The notes under the pieces were generated by a model. The model worked only from the letters and a program-made list of their open reading frames with translations. It did not search any database and had not been told where the DNA came from. DNA of 24,564 nt from positions 1 to 24,564 of the forward strand of contig JBFWVI010000045.1 of assembly GCA_050246815.1 (NCBI GenBank), given 5' to 3'. Each line of letters starts with the position of its first letter. Within the stretch, counting starts at the first letter, position 1. This document shows, piece after piece, positions 16,658-24,564 of the stretch. Source of the stretch: Bdellovibrionales bacterium (GTDB lineage: Bacteria; Bdellovibrionota; Bdellovibrionia; Bdellovibrionales; UBA1609). Both the position numbers and the translations under genes were made by a program.

Positions 16658-17971
16658 ATGGAATCTCTGTTTTACCCTGAACCGATTTGGCTGAAGCCGT
16701 CCCTCGCCAAAAATGTTAAACGGGTCGTAATTTGTCTTTCGATAACCCTGCTTGCTCTTTGGCTGTTTCCCCTTGATGTAAAGGCTGAAGTCTTTCGCGG
16801 CTTTGATTTAGATCGCGTTCCAGTCAAAGTCGTCAGTACACCGGACCATAGTTTTGTCGAGGTCTATCACGAGGATGGCAGCAAACAATATTTCTACACC
16901 CAAGATTGGGATGCGATCACGGATTACAAGCGAGAATTGCTGCGGAGTTTCTGGAACCACCCAAGTCCTCAAACATTCGCGCGCATGTCGATGGTCGATA
17001 GGTTAGATCGAGCCAGAGCGGCAGTGTACGATTCGTTTTTTTATGAGTCCAAATCGGTCGCGGGCTGGACTGCGCAGGGTGTTGCACTACAGGCCTTCAA
17101 GCTGCTTCCCGAGGAAACGAAAAATAATTTGTACCGAAACTTATTAACTGACGCGCTTAACTCCATTGAAGCTGGTAGCCCAGAAGACGGCATGACAGAC
17201 GTTCAAACACAAAACGCGCACATGAAGTTGTACGATTCGTTTGCCAAGGATGATCCGTTACAACAAAAATTATTTTTTTGTGACATCATGAGCGGCCCCA
17301 GCGCTTTACTGAACCGGATGGCCGCTCGCCATGAAACTGAAGACAGCTTTGCGCTGATTCATGAGGCAAGACTTCGCTTTATTGACCAATTGCTTGGCGA
17401 CAAAAAAATTTTTGAGCCCACGAAAAACACAGTTTGCCCAGCTGACGAAAAAAGTGGCCTAGCAGAGTTCCAACTGCTTGAGGTCTACAGTCAAATTGCA
17501 AAGTTAGTTGCCAAACTCAGATCATCCAAAGCAGTGCCCGTAAGCCAAGGACTAGCTGGACCCCAGATTGAGTTGTTTAAAAATTCTTCTTGTACGGAAG
17601 CGCAAATTAATAAGCATTTGTCCTCAGCTTTGGGACTCATGAACGAAGCTCAAAACAAGCACGTTCGTCGCCAATATATCGCGATCAATGAAGACCAATG
17701 CAAATTTGAGGGCATGCTTGAACGCCAAGCAAATCAATCATTTTTATTCACACCGCACGGTGTAGGCATGGTCGCGCCGAAACCCATTGAAATTTCAAAG
17801 GTCATTGAGGTCCTTAAATCGCGCCAACTCGTTACACCAGAAATCGCCGCCCCGTTACGCAAGGCTGAGCCTGTTACGCGGCCCTCACCTGCCCGCCTGG
17901 CTTCCGACGAACCCAGCGACGGTGCGATCTACATACCCTTTACAAGCAACAAAGGTCTGTTTAAAAAATAG
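16658..17971 (+). CDS. Hypothetical exported protein (437 aa)
   Basis: Long ORF with N-terminal hydrophobic segment ending in VKA; no family recognised; start uncertain. Confidence 0.72.
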   Translation: MESLFYPEPIWLKPSLAKNVKRVVICLSITLLALWLFPLDVKAEVFRGFDLDRVPVKVVSTPDHSFVEVYHEDGSKQYFYTQDWDAITDYKRELLRSFWNHPSPQTFARMSMVDRLDRARAAVYDSFFYESKSVAGWTAQGVALQAFKLLPEETKNNLYRNLLTDALNSIEAGSPEDGMTDVQTQNAHMKLYDSFAKDDPLQQKLFFCDIMSGPSALLNRMAARHETEDSFALIHEARLRFIDQLLGDKKIFEPTKNTVCPADEKSGLAEFQLLEVYSQIAKLVAKLRSSKAVPVSQGLAGPQIELFKNSSCTEAQINKHLSSALGLMNEAQNKHVRRQYIAINEDQCKFEGMLERQANQSFLFTPHGVGMVAPKPIEISKVIEVLKSRQLVTPEIAAPLRKAEPVTRPSPARLASDEPSDGAIYIPFTSNKGLFKK

Positions 17972-17980
17972 TGCTTTTGG

Positions 17981-19183
17981 TTAAATCACAAGTTCCGGCT
18001 GTTTGCTTAAATCCCGGGTGATGTTCTTTTGGTGCGCCTCGATGGTTCCCCCACCGATCTCTAAAAGCTTCGCGTCCCGCCACAGACGTTCAACGATGTA
18101 CTCGCCCACATAGCCATAGCCGCCCAAAACTTGCATCGCCCGATCGGCAACGTTTTTACCCATGGTTGCGGCCACCAGCTTCGCTCCGTCGGAGTCAAGA
18201 CGTTGGCCGGATTTATCCAAATCCATCAGGCGCGCGGTGTTGTAGACATAAGTTTTTGAGGCCATGTAGTCCGCATAACTTTCCGCGATGTACTTTTGAA
18301 TCTGGCCATAAAACGACAGCGGATGGCCAAAGGCTTCGCGCTCAGAGGCATATTTGTTCATCAACTGCAGCGAACGGCGGGCAATGCCAATGCTCATCGC
18401 CGCCAAGGTGATGCGCTCGACCTCAAGGTTTCGCATCATGTGAATCATCGAATCACCTTCGTGGCCAATCAAATTGCCAGCTGGAACTTCGCAGTCTTGA
18501 AACACCAGTTCGGCGGTGTTGGACGCCCGCATACCCGTTTTGTCTTTGATCTTTTGCCCGACACTGTAGCCGTGCATGCCCTTTTCTACCAAAAAGGTCG
18601 ACAGCTGTGGGCGGCCTTTGGCTTCACCCGTTTTGGCGTAAACCCAAACCGCATCGGCCGGAGTGCGATTTTCATCCACCGTGCCGTTGGTGATCCACAT
18701 CTTGCGGCCGTTCAAAACCCACTTGTCGCCTTTTTTCACAGCCGTGGTTTTCATCCCCAAAACATCAGTGCCCACGTGGGGCTCTGACATCGCCATGGCA
18801 CCGACCCACTCGCCAGAACTTAATTTCGGCAGCCATTTTTTCTTCTGCTCCTCAGAGCCATTGCGGGCCAAATTGTTCACACAGAGCATACTGTGCGCCA
18901 AATACGCCAAACAAAAACCGGGATCCACCGCCGAAAGCTCTTCATGCACGATCACCGCGGCCGGCACATCTTGCCCGGCTCCACCATACTCTTCGGGCAC
19001 GGTTAAGCCCAGCAAACCGAGCTCACCTAATTTACGAAAAAGCGGCAGATTAAATAGCTCTTTGCGATCATATTCCAGCGCCTGGGGCTCGACTTCGCTG
19101 ATGGCGAATTCGCGCACCATTTCGCGCAACATGGAGTGTTCTGAAGACGGATTAAATAGATCGAACTTTTGGATATTTGACAT
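17981..19183 (-). CDS. Acyl-CoA dehydrogenase, isovaleryl-CoA dehydrogenase-like
   Basis: LAYLAHSMLCVN, AMSEPHVGTD, GRKMWITNG, KTGMRAS, REAFG, VLGGYGY, RDAKLLEIGGGT (IVD-like C-terminal motif). Confidence 0.93.
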   Translation of the reverse strand: MSNIQKFDLFNPSSEHSMLREMVREFAISEVEPQALEYDRKELFNLPLFRKLGELGLLGLTVPEEYGGAGQDVPAAVIVHEELSAVDPGFCLAYLAHSMLCVNNLARNGSEEQKKKWLPKLSSGEWVGAMAMSEPHVGTDVLGMKTTAVKKGDKWVLNGRKMWITNGTVDENRTPADAVWVYAKTGEAKGRPQLSTFLVEKGMHGYSVGQKIKDKTGMRASNTAELVFQDCEVPAGNLIGHEGDSMIHMMRNLEVERITLAAMSIGIARRSLQLMNKYASEREAFGHPLSFYGQIQKYIAESYADYMASKTYVYNTARLMDLDKSGQRLDSDGAKLVAATMGKNVADRAMQVLGGYGYVGEYIVERLWRDAKLLEIGGGTIEAHQKNITRDLSKQPELVI

Positions 19184-19246
19184 AGTCTTTGTCGATTACG
19201 TCAGCCTTTTTAAAAAAGCCAGTAAAAACTACCGCTTGGACTCGCT

Positions 19247-21448
19247 CTAACCACAGCTTTCGCTATGCCCGCAGTTCAAACACTTAAAACAATTGCCCGC
19301 ACGGATCGTATTGTGCCCACACTGGCTGCAAGTGGGTGTCAGCACCAAAGGCTGTACGGCTTTTGATGTGTCGCGATAGATGGCGATGGCTTTAAGCCCC
19401 AGCTCCCAAGCCCGCCAATAGATTGCCGCCACATCGCGGACCTTGGCGCTTGAAGGAAGGTTTACCGTTTTTGAAATTGCACCGCTTAAAAAGGGTTGGA
19501 CGGCAGCCATCATCAGCAGGTGAGCTTCACTGGACAAATAGCGGCCCCCCTTTACCGTCGGCTGTGCGCAATCGAACACCGGCAAATGCTCTCGCTTCAG
19601 GCGCACGAATGTCGATTGCCCATGCGTCGCAGCGGCCTCAAAGCTGCCATACTGGGCCAAATGTTTGAGCAGTTCGTCCCGTGACTTTTCATCATAGCCT
19701 AAGCGCTTCAGTGCGGGCACAACGGCTTGATTGACCATTTTGATTTGTCCACCACCGACCAAATGTTTGATTTTGACCAAGGCGAAATCGGGTTCAATGC
19801 CAGTGGTTTCGCAGTCCATAAACAATCCGATAGTTCCCGTGGGCGCCAGCACGCTGGCCTGGGCGTTTCGGTAACCATGTTTTTTGCCAAGCTTTAACGT
19901 TTCCATCCAGGCCGCTTCAGCCGCGGCCCGCACAGGACTCCAATCCGTCGCAGACGCACTGGGGCCGTGCGCAATTTCACGCAATGCCTCGGCATGCTGC
20001 TGCATCACTTTCAACATGTCGGCGCGGTTGGCTTTGAACGCCGCAAACGGTCCTTTGATGGCAGCCATCTGCGCGCTGATTCCGTAGGCCACTGCGGTCA
20101 TCAAAGCGGTTAGACTTGCAGCCCATGCCCTGGCCTCTTCGCTGTCATAAGGTAAACCCAAACGCATCAGCAGACCGCCCAAATTGGCGTAGCCAATACC
20201 CAAAGGCCTTAGTCGCTCTGATTTTTTTGCCACGGCGTCTGTGGGGTATGAAGACAGGCTCACCAAAATTTCTTGCGCGACAAAAATCAGCCGCACGGCA
20301 TGGGTAAAGCGTTCGATATCAAATCGACCGTCCTCGCGCAAAAATTTCGCCAAGTTAAAGCTTGCCAAATTGCAGGCCGAATCGTCGACAAACATGTACT
20401 CCGAACAAGGATTGCTGGCGCGGATTTCGCCCTCTTTGGGGCAAGTGTGCCAACGGTTGATGGTGTCGTGAAACTGCAGGCCGGGGTCGGCCGAGGCCCA
20501 CGCGGCGGCGGCGATTTCTTCCCACAATTCCACAGCTGAATAGCGCTTCAACTTTTTGCCGCTGACTCGCTCGATCGTCCACCAGTCTTTGTTTTCTAAA
20601 ACCGCTTTAAAAAAATCATCGCGCAGACGCACCGAATTGTTGGCGTTTTGCCCACTGACGCTGCGATAAGCTTCGCCGTCCAGACCACCGCTGTAACCCG
20701 CCTTCAATAGAATCTGTGCTTTGGCTTCTTCGTGGGCCTTCCATTGGATGAACTGCAAAATCTCAGGATGATCGGCATCAAGAATGACCATTTTGGCCGC
20801 TCGGCGTGTGGTCCCGCCCGATTTGGTGGCGCCAGCGCCGCGATCCAAAACGTCTAAAAAGGCCAACACCCCCGAGCTTCGCCCACCGGACTCAAGCGGT
20901 TCATCCCGCCCGCGCAGGCGTGAAAAATTACTGCCCACACCCGAGCCGTATTTAAAAATCTTAGCTTCGGTTTTAGCCAGCTCGAAAATGCTCATCAAAT
21001 CATCATCCGCCGACAAAATAAAACAGGCCGAACACTGCGGTTTTTCATTTTTATCGCGGCGTTTGACACCGCAGTTGAACCACACCGGCGAATTGAAGGC
21101 CGCCATTTGTTCAACACACAAAAATTTGATCTCGCGGGCAAAAATATCCGCCGATTTTTTGTCGGCAAAGTAGCCATTTTTGCGACCAGACGCCGTGATG
21201 GTGTCCACCACCCGATCGATTAAATCGGCGATGTTTTTTTCACCACCGCGAAAGTACTTACTGGCCGCGATATCCACGGCCAACTGGCTCCAGGTCAGCG
21301 GAGCCTCAATACCTGACATCGAGAAAAACACCTGCCCTTGGCTGTTCTGGATCTGCGAGTTACGCTTGCCCCATTGCAAGTGGGCGTAAGGACTTTTGCA
21401 TGAAGGGTTTAAAACCGCTTTAAATTGAAGACCGCGCCGTTTTGCCAT
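19247..21448 (-). CDS. nrdJ: Vitamin B12-dependent ribonucleotide reductase (class II)
   Basis: [58 protein letters not shown]-terminal CxxC..CxxC..C. Likely start ATG 21448, since the track start overlaps iscS. Confidence 0.95.
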   Translation of the reverse strand: MAKRRGLQFKAVLNPSCKSPYAHLQWGKRNSQIQNSQGQVFFSMSGIEAPLTWSQLAVDIAASKYFRGGEKNIADLIDRVVDTITASGRKNGYFADKKSADIFAREIKFLCVEQMAAFNSPVWFNCGVKRRDKNEKPQCSACFILSADDDLMSIFELAKTEAKIFKYGSGVGSNFSRLRGRDEPLESGGRSSGVLAFLDVLDRGAGATKSGGTTRRAAKMVILDADHPEILQFIQWKAHEEAKAQILLKAGYSGGLDGEAYRSVSGQNANNSVRLRDDFFKAVLENKDWWTIERVSGKKLKRYSAVELWEEIAAAAWASADPGLQFHDTINRWHTCPKEGEIRASNPCSEYMFVDDSACNLASFNLAKFLREDGRFDIERFTHAVRLIFVAQEILVSLSSYPTDAVAKKSERLRPLGIGYANLGGLLMRLGLPYDSEEARAWAASLTALMTAVAYGISAQMAAIKGPFAAFKANRADMLKVMQQHAEALREIAHGPSASATDWSPVRAAAEAAWMETLKLGKKHGYRNAQASVLAPTGTIGLFMDCETTGIEPDFALVKIKHLVGGGQIKMVNQAVVPALKRLGYDEKSRDELLKHLAQYGSFEAAATHGQSTFVRLKREHLPVFDCAQPTVKGGRYLSSEAHLLMMAAVQPFLSGAISKTVNLPSSAKVRDVAAIYWRAWELGLKAIAIYRDTSKAVQPLVLTPTCSQCGHNTIRAGNCFKCLNCGHSESCG

Positions 21449-21504
21449 GGTCAGTATCATTTCATCTTGGCCTAAAGCGAGCAACAGGCTAATCTCGGGC
21501 CCAT

Positions 21505-22632
21505 ATGCGCTTAAGCACCATTTACTTCGACGATCAGGCAACCACGCCCGTGGATCCACGTGTACGCGAAGCCATGGCCCCGTGTTTTTGCGAGGCCTTT
21601 GGCAACCCCGCCAGCCGCACTCACGCCTATGGTTGGCAAGCGGAGATGGCAGTCAACAAAGCCCGCGCTCAAGTGGCCAACCTGATCAACGCCAAGCCAG
21701 AGCACATCATCTTCACGTCAGGCGCCACCGAATCGAACAATTTGGCGTTGATGGGAACCCTTGAGGGAGTCGGCAAGCCCGCCCACGTCATCGTTTCGGC
21801 GGTGGAACATAAAGCGATTCTTGAAGTGGCCGAAGCGGCGGCATTGCGCGGCTTCACTTGTACGGTTTTGCCTGTCAATGAATACGGCCAAGTCACCTTG
21901 GATCAAATTGAGAAGGCCATCCGCCCCGAAACCAAATTGATTTCTATCATGTGGGCCAACAATGAAATTGGTTCAATCAATCCGATTGCCCAAATCGGCG
22001 CCCTGGCAAAAAAGCACAATATCTTTTTTCATACTGATGCGGCCCAAGCCGCCAGTCGCGTACCCATTGATGTGGAAAGTATGAACATCGATTTGCTGTC
22101 GATGTCGGGTCATAAGATGTACGGCCCCAAAGGAGTTGGCGCTCTTTTTGTTCGTCGCCATATCGTGCCCTTAAAACCGATCATGTTCGGCGGCGCTCAA
22201 GAATGGGGATTACGCCCTGGCACCTTGAATGTACCAGGTATCGTGGGGCTGGGCTCCGCCTGTGAAATTGCCAAAAGCGAAGGTTTGAGCGAGAGTACAC
22301 GTTTGAGACAATGGCGCGACACCCTGGTCAATTTGATCTTAAAAGAAGTCCCCGGCAGCCGCCTGAACGGTCACCCCACAGAACGCCTCTGCAGCAACGT
22401 CAGTTTCTCGTTTAAAGGGCTTAAGAGCGATTTGTTTACCCTAGGCCTTGGCGGACTGGCCTGCAGCTCAGGTTCGGCCTGCACGTCGGCCACCGGCTCT
22501 TCTAGCCACGTCTTAAAGGCCATTGGCCTTAGCGAAGATCTGGCCCGCGCCACATTGCGTTTGGGTTTTGGCCGCTTCACCACCGCCAGCGAAATCTCGT
22601 CACTGACCCAAAAAATTCTCGCCCTGAGGTAG
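21505..22632 (+). CDS. iscS: Cysteine desulfurase (group I)
   Basis: [41 protein letters not shown] (PLP Lys), SSGSACTS. Confidence 0.95.
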   Translation: MRLSTIYFDDQATTPVDPRVREAMAPCFCEAFGNPASRTHAYGWQAEMAVNKARAQVANLINAKPEHIIFTSGATESNNLALMGTLEGVGKPAHVIVSAVEHKAILEVAEAAALRGFTCTVLPVNEYGQVTLDQIEKAIRPETKLISIMWANNEIGSINPIAQIGALAKKHNIFFHTDAAQAASRVPIDVESMNIDLLSMSGHKMYGPKGVGALFVRRHIVPLKPIMFGGAQEWGLRPGTLNVPGIVGLGSACEIAKSEGLSESTRLRQWRDTLVNLILKEVPGSRLNGHPTERLCSNVSFSFKGLKSDLFTLGLGGLACSSGSACTSATGSSSHVLKAIGLSEDLARATLRLGFGRFTTASEISSLTQKILALR

Positions 22633-22705
22633 GCCCTTCTTTTTCTGTCTGCGATGCGTCGCTAACGACGCATCGCAGACAGAAAAAGAAGGGCCTACCT
22701 CAGGG
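22622..22705. repeat. Perfect 40-bp inverted repeat with 4-nt loop (REP/REPIN-like element, copy 1; core unit 22624-22703)
   Basis: 22622-22661 is the exact reverse complement of 22666-22705; loop CTAA. Confidence 0.95.
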
Positions 22706-22726
22706 AAATCTGCTATAGTGCACCGC

Positions 22727-23053
22727 ATGATTTACGTTTCCGAAACCGCCGCCCGAAGAATTGGGCAACTGAAGTCCGAAGAAAAGGCCGCTGAGGCAGC
22801 CATGCTGCGCGTGTTCGTCAAACGCGGCGGCTGCTCGGGATTTTCGTATAAAATGAACTTCGACACTGAAATCAAAGAAGCCGACAAAGTCTTCGAAAAC
22901 CACGGCACGAAGGTGGTCGTGGACTCGCAAAGTCTTCTTTATTTGCTAGGCATGACCCTGGATTACGAAGGCGGCCTAAACGGCAAAGGTTTTGTCTTCG
23001 CCAACCCCAACGCCAATAAAACTTGCGGGTGTGGATCCAGCTTCGGCGTTTAG
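22727..23053 (+). CDS. iscA: A-type Fe-S carrier (HesB/IscA/ErpA family)
   Basis: GGCSGFSY, F.NPNA, CGCGSSF; likely start ATG 22727. Confidence 0.95.
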   Translation: MIYVSETAARRIGQLKSEEKAAEAAMLRVFVKRGGCSGFSYKMNFDTEIKEADKVFENHGTKVVVDSQSLLYLLGMTLDYEGGLNGKGFVFANPNANKTCGCGSSFGV

Positions 23054-23128
23054 GCAGGCCCTTCTTTTTCCGTCTGCATGGTGTCACGGGTGACACCATG
23101 CAGACGGAAAAAGAAGGGCCTACCTCAG
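23049..23128. repeat. REP/REPIN-like palindromic element, copy 2
   Basis: 23056-23087 is the exact reverse complement of 23090-23121; arms are homologous to copy 1. Confidence 0.95.
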
Positions 23129-24562
23129 AAACTCATCGCAGCCGGGTATTTCGAGATTGGGAAATTCGTGAGTTAACGTCGTCATCTGGGCATCGTCCAG
23201 GACCACTTCCAGTTTCAGCGGACGGATCATCGGTGGTTTGTAACCGTACCCGGCTTTCAGGGGGCGCGACAAGGTCAAGAGTGGCACCCTTGCTTTTGCT
23301 ACCACCACAGTCTGTTCCGCCGAGGGACGTAAACTTAAATCATCGAAAATAATAGTCGGGTAGTATTGCTCTTGGTCTTTGCCGTCCGCGTGTGACCAGA
23401 CCTCTAGAATTTTTTCGCCCACTTGCATCTTTGACTTGATCGCTTTTTTTATCTCTTCCTCGGTGGGCTCGCCCGCGGTCACATCGTAGGTCATTTGCAC
23501 CCGCACTTGGCGAATTTTTTGCTCGCCTTTCAATCCAAAACGCAGCTCGACTTTATCTATGTTCACCCAGGTGGAACCATCCTGCATATCTTCATCTGGT
23601 CGAGCATGGGTCATGAACTCAACCCACTCCGGAGTCATGGCCAAAATTGGCAAAAGGGGGTGAAAGGCAGGCAAAATTTGCGGCTGGTTTTTAAAGTCCC
23701 GTAATACAAATGCAGGCATTTGCAAAGTCGCAGTGGCTAGTGGCTTAGAACTGCCGACGCCTTCTTGGACCTGCACCAGACGGTCCAACATGTATGATTT
23801 TGATTGATCAATCAAAATGGAGTCCGCCCACGCCGGCGCACTGACATTTTCAAGAAAGTCAGGAATAATAAATTCCACTTGCTGCGGCTGGACCCCAGTG
23901 GACGGCAGTGGCTCGCTTGGGATTAAAATATACTTTGATCCCATACCAACCCGCAGATGCACGCTCGTTGCTGGCCCGCTCAAATCGGCCTTCACCTTGA
24001 TCATTTTAACACGCGAACCGGCTCGCGAAATTTGCCCCACCTTGGCGATTTTTTTATAATTCAATTCAGGACGCAAACTGGCGTCAATACGTCCGGTTTT
24101 TAAATTCACCTGAAGAACCAAAGGAACTGTGATGATTTTCTTAAGACCCATATTTTCATCATCGATCGTCAAATCTGCGCCATGCTCTTCCTGCAAATCA
24201 CTTACATAGTCCACTTTTGAGCGATTTAATTTAAATGAACCGAATACGAACAACTGGGGAACACCATCTTGGGCCTCTTCCACGCGCGTCTGATGCAGTT
24301 CAAACAAGCGCATCTCATCACCAATCATACTTTTAAAGAAACTGGTGAGATCCCTGAATTTTGCAAAGAAGTCACTCAAGTTCATCTGGTCTACTTTTTC
24401 CTTAGGGATATTCTTGCGACGAGCATCTTCGTACAATTGCTGTCGCATATTCGCTTCCATTGCCGGCAGCTGCTTTTGAATTTCATTGTACATTAAGGGC
24501 ATGGCGGCCAAGGCCATTCGATTGGCCTCTGTCCATGTCGTCCGCAAGCGCGGGCTCAGCGC
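23120..24562 (-). CDS. Hypothetical protein, probably 5'-truncated by window edge
   Basis: Over 475 codons, frame open to the right edge; no family recognised. Stop codon lies inside palindrome copy 2. Confidence 0.75.
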   Translation of the reverse strand, partial: ALSPRLRTTWTEANRMALAAMPLMYNEIQKQLPAMEANMRQQLYEDARRKNIPKEKVDQMNLSDFFAKFRDLTSFFKSMIGDEMRLFELHQTRVEEAQDGVPQLFVFGSFKLNRSKVDYVSDLQEEHGADLTIDDENMGLKKIITVPLVLQVNLKTGRIDASLRPELNYKKIAKVGQISRAGSRVKMIKVKADLSGPATSVHLRVGMGSKYILIPSEPLPSTGVQPQQVEFIIPDFLENVSAPAWADSILIDQSKSYMLDRLVQVQEGVGSSKPLATATLQMPAFVLRDFKNQPQILPAFHPLLPILAMTPEWVEFMTHARPDEDMQDGSTWVNIDKVELRFGLKGEQKIRQVRVQMTYDVTAGEPTEEEIKKAIKSKMQVGEKILEVWSHADGKDQEQYYPTIIFDDLSLRPSAEQTVVVAKARVPLLTLSRPLKAGYGYKPPMIRPLKLEVVLDDAQMTTLTHEFPNLEIPGCDEFLR

Positions 24563-24564
24563 GG

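Noticed and set aside
18296..19250. Long antisense ORFs over the acyl-CoA dehydrogenase (likewise over CBS, speE and nrdJ)
   Set aside because: No recognisable motifs or RBS; typical antisense shadows of conserved genes.
21449..21559. Extended N-termini in the ORF track (nrdJ 21559; also CBS 6606, lemA 9601, 11512, speE 13141)
   Set aside because: They overlap neighbouring genes or promoters; downstream ATGs have an RBS or fit the family start better.
22704..23055. iscA as cargo of a composite transposon
   Set aside because: iscS-iscA is an ordinary neighbourhood and no target-site duplication or transposase is visible; independent insertions are simpler.
22624..23128. Palindromes as CRISPR repeats, integron attC sites or intrinsic terminators
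   Set aside because: The repeats are inverted, not direct; there are no cas or integrase genes and no RYYYAAC/GTTRRRY boxes; the T-tract precedes the stem on both strands.

Overview
Gene-dense bacterial chromosome segment of roughly 50% GC. The gene content (orphan secreted proteins, lipocalin-like/gluzincin module, eukaryotic-type AdoMetDC, compact class II RNR) suggests a Bdellovibrionota-like organism; this is inference, not a database result. It holds about 26 CDS and one tRNA-Arg(TCG). Recognisable genes: GT4 glycosyltransferase (missed by the ORF track because it runs off the left edge), DUF4421-like barrel, DUF1304, KcsA-like K+ channel, CBS protein, M4/M36-like metallopeptidase, LemA, QueF, DUF2799-like lipoprotein, cinA-speD-speE-trmH, ABC1/UbiB kinase, isovaleryl-CoA dehydrogenase, NrdJ, IscS and IscA. 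No transposase, integrase, CRISPR or phage gene was seen. The most striking non-coding signal is a pair of homologous 80-bp palindromic elements flanking iscA. Each has 29-bp GTAG-bearing arms and a 22-bp core; the copies differ by six fully compensatory base-pair changes and the arms supply the stop codons of neighbouring genes (REP/REPIN-like). Other signals: several sigma54-type promoters before orphan genes, a sigma28-type promoter, and a candidate ~75-nt sRNA between lemA and queF.
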